Assembly: GCA_963816355.1 (NCBI GenBank)
Contig: CAWFKH010000006.1
Location: 192,001-256,000 of the forward strand
DNA from: an uncultured Gemmatimonadales bacterium
Lineage (GTDB): Bacteria > Gemmatimonadota > Gemmatimonadetes > Longimicrobiales > RSA9
Length of the DNA: 64,000 bases
Direction: 5' to 3'
Shown piece by piece: positions 58,638-64,000 of the stretch; the stretch's first letter is position 1; each line of letters begins with the position of its first letter. Position numbers and translations under genes: made by a program. The notes below the pieces were generated by a model, which was given only the letters and a program-made list of their open reading frames with translations, did not search any database and was not told the DNA's origin.

Positions 58638-61025
58638 GTGGAGGCGCTGTTCCAGGATCTTCGCTACGGGCTGCGCGGATTGAGGCGGAGCCGCGGCTTC
58701 ACGGCCGTGGCGGTCGCGACGCTGGCGCTGGGGATCGGGGCGACGACGACGATCTTCAGCGTGCTGGAGGGTGTGCTGCTGCGGCCACTTCCGTATCCGC
58801 GATCGGAGCGGCTGGTGCAGGTGTGGGAGCGCACGCCCGAGGGCGGCGACTTCCCGGCGTCACTACCGAATTTCCGTGATTTCCGCTCGGGAACGCGGCT
58901 GCTGACGGGGCTGGCGGCGGCGGACGAGCGGGCGCTGGCGCTGACGGGGAAGGGTGTGCCGGAGCGGGTGAAGGCGCAGGCGGTGTCGGCAGAATATTTC
59001 CGGGTGTTGGGTGTGGCCCCCGCGCTGGGCGGGGTGCTGACGGCGGACGCGACGCGTGGTGGCGAGCGGGAGGTGGTGTTGGGGCACCGCATCTGGGTGA
59101 GCCGCTTCGGGGGCGATCGCGGCGTGGTGGGTAGTCGCGTGCGGCTGAACGGCGAGTCGTACGCGGTGGTGGGGGTGATGCCCGCGGGCTTCGAGGCGCC
59201 GGGCGATCCGGAGGCGTGGGTGCCGCTGGCGGGGAGCCCGGAGTGGGGCCGGGGGGATCACTCGTTGATGCTGATCGGACGGTTGGCGGCGGGGGCGAGT
59301 GTGGCGGGGGCTTCGGCGGAGCTCGGGGCGGTGGCGCGGCGGTTGTCGCGGCTGTACCCGGAGTCGAACGGCGGCTGGGGCGTGCGGGTGGCGCCGTTGC
59401 TGGACGGGGTGGTCGGGGCGAAGACGCGGGGCACGCTCTGGATCCTGACCGGTGCCGTGTCGCTCCTCCTGCTCCTGGCGTGCGTGAACGTGGCGAGCCT
59501 GCTGCTGGGGCGCGCGGCCGCCAGGCAGGGCGAACTGGTTCTGCGTGCCGCGCTGGGGGCGCGGCGCGGGCGAATCGCGCGGCAACTGGTGACGGAGAGC
59601 CTGCTGCTCGCCGGGCTGGGTACGGCGGGCGGGGTGCTGATCGCCGTCTGGGGGCTTCCGGTCCTGAAGCGGCTTCTGCCGGCGACGACGCCGCGCCTGG
59701 GGGACATCCACGTGGATGGCGCGGTCCTGTTCTTCTCGATCGTCGTCTCGGTCGCGGTGGGGCTGCTGGCCGGACTTCCGCCGGCGTTGCGGGTCAGCCG
59801 GCCGAACCTGCGCTCGATCCTCGGAATGGCGGATCGGCGGACGACGCGGGAGTCGCACCGGCTTCGTGACGGCCTGGTGGTGGCGGAGACGGCGCTCGCG
59901 ACGCTGCTGCTGGTGGGCGCGGGACTGCTGGCGACGAGCTTCGTGCGCCTGCGGGGGGGCGACCGCGGGATCGACACGCGCGACGTGGTGGTGGTGCCGG
60001 TCTCGCTCGCGGGACCGCGCTACGACGATGGTACGCGCTGGCGCTTCCTGGAGCGGGCGGAGGCGGCGATCGGCGGCCTGCCGGGGGTGGAGGCGGTCGG
60101 CGCGACGAACGTGGCGCCGCTCTCGGGCGCCGGCACCGTGGTGGATCTCTCGGTGGAGGGCCAGCCGACGGGGCCGGGCCTTTCCCGCTTCGCGCGCTGG
60201 CGCTCGGTGACGCCCGGCTATTTCCGGGCGGCCGGCGTGAGGCTGCTGGCGGGGCGCCGCCTGCGTGCCTCGGACTACGCCCCTGACGCCGCCGAAGCGG
60301 TGGTCGTGACGCGGTCGTTCGCGCGTGCCTTCTTTCCCGACGTGGATCCCGTGGGCCGCCGCGTCGCGATGGGTACGAGCGACTTCCACTGGCGGACCGT
60401 GGTCGGCGTGGTGGAGGACGTTCAGGACGTGGACGCGACACAGCGGGCGCAGCCGCTGTTCTACATGCCGGAGACGGGCGATTGGCCCTGGATGACGCTG
60501 GTCCTGCGCACATCGCGGCCGGCGGCGTCGATCGCGCCGGAGATCCGGAGCCGCATCTGGGCGGTGGATCCGGAGCTGCCGGTGCCGACGGTCGAGGCGA
60601 TGACCGAGCGCCTGGACCGGGCGGTGGCGGGGCCGCGCCTCGTCCTCGGCGTCATGGTCCTCTTCGGCGGGCTGGCCGTCCTCCTTGCCGCCATCGGAAT
60701 CTACGGCGTGATGGCGCACTTCGTGGCGCTGCGGCGAAGGGAGATCGGCGTGCGGCTGGCGCTCGGCGGACCCGCGCGCGACGTGGTCGGCCTCGTTGTG
60801 CGCCGCGGCGGCGCGCTCGCCGGCTCGGGCGTCGCACTGGGCCTTGCGGCCGCACTGCTGGCCGGGCGGATGCTGCGCTCCGAGCTCTACGACACCGCGC
60901 CAACCGAGCCAGCCGCCTATGCCGGCGTGCTCCTGCTCCTCCTCCTGGTCACGCTCGCCGCCGTCGCCGTACCCGCGTGGCGGAGCGCCCGCGTCGATCC
61001 GGTCGAGATGCTGCGCCAGGTGTAG
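58638..61025 (+). CDS. Duplicated MacB/FtsX-type orphan ABC permease (ADOP-like)
   Basis: SD aaggagga; QDLRYGLRGL..GFTAVAVATLALGIGA; CVNVASLLL; GIYGVMA..EIGVRLALG; PAWRSARVDP. Confidence 0.93.
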   Translation: MEALFQDLRYGLRGLRRSRGFTAVAVATLALGIGATTTIFSVLEGVLLRPLPYPRSERLVQVWERTPEGGDFPASLPNFRDFRSGTRLLTGLAAADERALALTGKGVPERVKAQAVSAEYFRVLGVAPALGGVLTADATRGGEREVVLGHRIWVSRFGGDRGVVGSRVRLNGESYAVVGVMPAGFEAPGDPEAWVPLAGSPEWGRGDHSLMLIGRLAAGASVAGASAELGAVARRLSRLYPESNGGWGVRVAPLLDGVVGAKTRGTLWILTGAVSLLLLLACVNVASLLLGRAAARQGELVLRAALGARRGRIARQLVTESLLLAGLGTAGGVLIAVWGLPVLKRLLPATTPRLGDIHVDGAVLFFSIVVSVAVGLLAGLPPALRVSRPNLRSILGMADRRTTRESHRLRDGLVVAETALATLLLVGAGLLATSFVRLRGGDRGIDTRDVVVVPVSLAGPRYDDGTRWRFLERAEAAIGGLPGVEAVGATNVAPLSGAGTVVDLSVEGQPTGPGLSRFARWRSVTPGYFRAAGVRLLAGRRLRASDYAPDAAEAVVVTRSFARAFFPDVDPVGRRVAMGTSDFHWRTVVGVVEDVQDVDATQRAQPLFYMPETGDWPWMTLVLRTSRPAASIAPEIRSRIWAVDPELPVPTVEAMTERLDRAVAGPRLVLGVMVLFGGLAVLLAAIGIYGVMAHFVALRRREIGVRLALGGPARDVVGLVVRRGGALAGSGVALGLAAALLAGRMLRSELYDTAPTEPAAYAGVLLLLLLVTLAAVAVPAWRSARVDPVEMLRQV

Positions 61026-61341
61026 CACGCCGTGCAGTGAAGCGGCGCGGCGCCGGTCCGCCCTCCGCGTCCCCCGCGCCCTGCGCGTGAAACCTCGGAG
61101 CCGCCCTCGCCGCGAACGCCGCGGTGGCGACGAATCGCCGCGAACGCCACGTTTCCGATGGCGCGCGGCGCGGCCGACGCACCGGAAGGATTGCACGCGG
61201 AGGTCGCCCCCCGGCGGTGGCCGGCGCCTTGCGTAATGCGCCGGCGTTGCACGGCTGCTCCGTGCACCGGTCCGCCGCGGAACCCGGACGTCCCGCGGGG
61301 CGGGGCCGTCGAGCCGTCCGGAACGAGGCAGCGGGCAAGCG

Positions 61342-64000
61342 ATGGACGCGCGGACCACACCGGGGGAGGGAAGGCGACGATCGCATCGCCGCGCCCGCCG
61401 CGCGCGTCCGCGCCGTTGGCTCGCGCTGCTGCAACTCCTCGCCGCGGCGCCCGTCCTCGCCGCCGGTGCCGCCGCACAGCGTCCGCCGCGTCCTTCCGAT
61501 CCCGCCGTCCGCGACGCGCGCTCGGCTTCCGTGCCGCCCGACACGCTGCCGCCGCTCGCCGCGCCGCGCCTGGGCCTGCCGCCGCGCTACCGCCCGTTCG
61601 TCGGCGGCTATGCGGGGGGCGGCGTCGCCGCCGGTGCCGCGGCGTGGGTCGGCGGCGGCGTCTACAAGGACCTGCTGAATCCCGCGGCCGGCATCCTCGG
61701 CGTGCAGGCGGAGGGCTACCTGGGCGCCTCGCGCGAGCGCACGCCGGACGTGGACCTGGCGCTCGGGCTGCGCAGCCCGATCCTGCGGCTCGGCTTGGGT
61801 GTCGAGGCCGTGTTCCCGCGTGCGCGCGTGGCGCCCTACGTCTCGATCATGCACCCGGTGCGGCGCGGCGGCTTCCTCTTCCCCGGCGGCGAGCTGCACG
61901 CCACCTGGACCTTCGGCCCGATCGACCGCTTGCGGCTGGGCCTCGCCGTGCCGGTCGGGCAGCCGTTCGCGGGGAGGGGTCGGCCGCGGCTCGACCACGT
62001 GCGGCTCGCGGTTCCGCCGGCGCCTCGCGTGCCGCCCGGCCCCGCGCCCGACGCGGCGCTGGCGCGCGCGGCCGACGCGCTCGCCGCCGCCGCCGAGCGC
62101 GTCGCCGACGTCGTCGTTCCGGACCTGGGCCGCGCCGGCTCGCCGAAGCGGCCGGACGATGCGCGCTTCACGGGCCGCCTGCGCACGCTCGCCCGCGAGG
62201 TCGCGGCGCACGGTGGCGCGGTCCAGGTCCTCCGCGACTACCACGACCGCCTCGACCGCGCGTTCTCGCTCGCGCTCGATCCGCGCGCCGTCGGCGTGAG
62301 CGCGGCCGGCTGCGCGCTGGCGGACTCGGCGCGCGCCGTGCTCCTCGGCGAGGTGCTCCTGCCCTACGACCGCCTGCTGGGGCAGAAGCGCAAGCCGGAG
62401 ACGCTGGCGCCGTTCGCGGCCGCGGCGCTGCGCCGCTTCGAGGCGGAGGCGGTGCCGGCCGCGCTCGGAGCGACGTCGTCCGATCGCGCGACGTGGCTCA
62501 TGTCCCGCCTCCTGGATGCGGTCTCCGGCGAGGTGTCACGGCAGCGCAGGCGGTGGGGCGACGAACGGCTGGCGTGGCTGCCGCTGCAGCTCGCGCTCCG
62601 CCAGGATGCGTACGCGACGCAGGCGCAGATCGACGCGCTCGTGACGCGCGCGACCGGCGTCACGTTCTCGGACAGCAACCAGGTTGCCTACGCGCACAAC
62701 GCGGAGTTCCAGTACGAGCTGTACCGCTCGATCCACGATGCGCGCAGCTACCACGTGCTCTGGGTCCACGACTTCCGCGGCCTGGACGACGCCGGCGAGC
62801 CGGACGGCGTCGCCTTCCAGCAGCTCGCCTACGGCTACCTGGGCGCGCTGATCGACCGCGTCGAAGCGTACGACTCGACCGCCGCGCTGCCGGAGTACGA
62901 CATCTTCCTCGATCAGTATTACTACGAGAAGGACCACAGCCGACTGTGGATGACGATCCTGCGCGACCCGCTCTCGGTGCGCGGCCGCATCGAGGACCTG
63001 CCGCCGTCGTGGCAGGCGGTGGTCGACAGCCTGTGCGACGCGCTGCGCTCCGCCGTCGCGGCGTCGCACCGCCTGCGGGCGCAGGAACGCGCGCACGGCA
63101 CCGCCTGGCTGCACGAGCGCGTCTCCGTCCGCGTCCACATCACCGGACAGGCCGACCCCTCGTTCTGGAGTGGCGATGTGCTTCCGCTCGTCGGCCTCTC
63201 CGACAACGTCCTGCGCGACCATCACAAGATCGCGTTCTACGACCTGAGCGAGGCGGACCCGTACCGCGGCGAGCTGATCGTGGCCGGCATGGGCGTGGGC
63301 GAGATCTACGCCGACGACGGCTGGGAGGACCGCTCGGCCGTGGTGAAGGGGCCGGCGGCCTACCCGGTGACGCACGCGGCCGCTCGTCTGCTCCTCCGCC
63401 AGGGCGTCGACAGCACGCGGCTCCCCTTCTGGGCCCGTCCCGTGGACGACGACGCGGCCGCCGCCGCGCGAACGCCCGTCCCGTCCTTCCAGGCCGGTCC
63501 GGCGCGCGCGCTGCAGGTCCACAACCAGATCGGCTACGGCGCCAAGGACGCGACCATCGCGAAGGCGGTCGTCTACACGATGATGCCCGCCGGCTCCGTG
63601 CTGAAGATCCCGGACTCGCTCTGGAACAACCCCCTGTGGGCTTCGCTGCTCGTCGGCCAGGCGCTCCGCGGCGGGCGCGTCCTCGTCATGTCGCCATCCC
63701 AGCGCAACGCGCCGGCGCCGAACTTCGCCGCGATGTCGCTCGCCGAGGAGATGCTGGCGCGCATGATCGTCGCGAGCCACATCCTGGGCCCCGCGATCGC
63801 CGCCGCGGGCGGCGGCCTTCACGTGGGGATCTACGACGTCGACTTCCCCGTCGACGACATCGCCGCCCGCATCGACGTCGCGCTCGCAACGCGGGCGCGC
63901 AACCCGTGGCTGCGGCGGCTCGAGCCGTTCTCTCGCGAGGTCATCGACACGCTGCACGCCGTCGCGCGCGACCTGCGCCGGGCGCCGGTGGCGGAGCGCG
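61342..64000 (+). CDS. Large exported phospholipase D-superfamily (HKD) protein, 3'-partial; not in the ORF track
   Basis: I translated frame 1 from ATG 61342 to the window end with no stop (~886 codons). Signal peptide WLALLQLLAAAPVLAAGAAAQ; HxKxxxxD motif DHHKIAFYD at 63217-63243, followed by AGMGVG and WEDRSAVVKGPAA. Confidence 0.8.
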   Translation, partial: MDARTTPGEGRRRSHRRARRARPRRWLALLQLLAAAPVLAAGAAAQRPPRPSDPAVRDARSASVPPDTLPPLAAPRLGLPPRYRPFVGGYAGGGVAAGAAAWVGGGVYKDLLNPAAGILGVQAEGYLGASRERTPDVDLALGLRSPILRLGLGVEAVFPRARVAPYVSIMHPVRRGGFLFPGGELHATWTFGPIDRLRLGLAVPVGQPFAGRGRPRLDHVRLAVPPAPRVPPGPAPDAALARAADALAAAAERVADVVVPDLGRAGSPKRPDDARFTGRLRTLAREVAAHGGAVQVLRDYHDRLDRAFSLALDPRAVGVSAAGCALADSARAVLLGEVLLPYDRLLGQKRKPETLAPFAAAALRRFEAEAVPAALGATSSDRATWLMSRLLDAVSGEVSRQRRRWGDERLAWLPLQLALRQDAYATQAQIDALVTRATGVTFSDSNQVAYAHNAEFQYELYRSIHDARSYHVLWVHDFRGLDDAGEPDGVAFQQLAYGYLGALIDRVEAYDSTAALPEYDIFLDQYYYEKDHSRLWMTILRDPLSVRGRIEDLPPSWQAVVDSLCDALRSAVAASHRLRAQERAHGTAWLHERVSVRVHITGQADPSFWSGDVLPLVGLSDNVLRDHHKIAFYDLSEADPYRGELIVAGMGVGEIYADDGWEDRSAVVKGPAAYPVTHAAARLLLRQGVDSTRLPFWARPVDDDAAAAARTPVPSFQAGPARALQVHNQIGYGAKDATIAKAVVYTMMPAGSVLKIPDSLWNNPLWASLLVGQALRGGRVLVMSPSQRNAPAPNFAAMSLAEEMLARMIVASHILGPAIAAAGGGLHVGIYDVDFPVDDIAARIDVALATRARNPWLRRLEPFSREVIDTLHAVARDLRRAPVAER

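Noticed and set aside
1..64000. Prophage, transposase, integrase, defence system, rRNA or tRNA genes
   Set aside because: No recognisable motifs in any frame, and composition looks uniformly GC-rich apart from short intergenic patches.

Overview
Very GC-rich bacterial chromosomal segment. The gene content (ECF sigma/anti-sigma/HEAT-repeat triad, PadR plus duplicated orphan MacB-type permeases, many lipoproteins) suggests Gemmatimonadota or an Acidobacteria-like lineage; this is inference. Contents: (1) a 15-kb glycogen/trehalose operon (treS-maltokinase fusion, malQ, glgB, treZ, GH57/DUF3536, treY); (2) a convergent kaiB-kaiC-PAS/GAF histidine kinase operon with no kaiA; (3) an ECF sigma operon; (4) two secreted phosphoesterases and a peptide-type SBP; (5) a cytochrome c and a highly structured 580-bp intergenic element; (6) a trehalose/maltose-type ABC importer; (7) an FtsH paralogue with a lipobox; (8) KtrAB; (9) a GATase-MBL-OSBS/NSAR operon; (10) peptidases, cupredoxin lipoproteins and a Spy/CpxP-like protein; (11) a hybrid sensor kinase whose exported input domain resembles the tandem OB folds of extracellular nucleases; (12) an L,D-transpeptidase, an HhH protein, PadR and two permeases; (13) a long 3'-truncated ORF absent from the ORF track, encoding a secreted HKD (phospholipase D superfamily) protein with a beta-barrel-like N-terminus. 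glgB and an esterase carry single-base frameshifts that look like read/assembly errors. I recognised no rRNA, tRNA, CRISPR array, transposase or phage gene. All family calls are from motif recognition by eye, not database searches.
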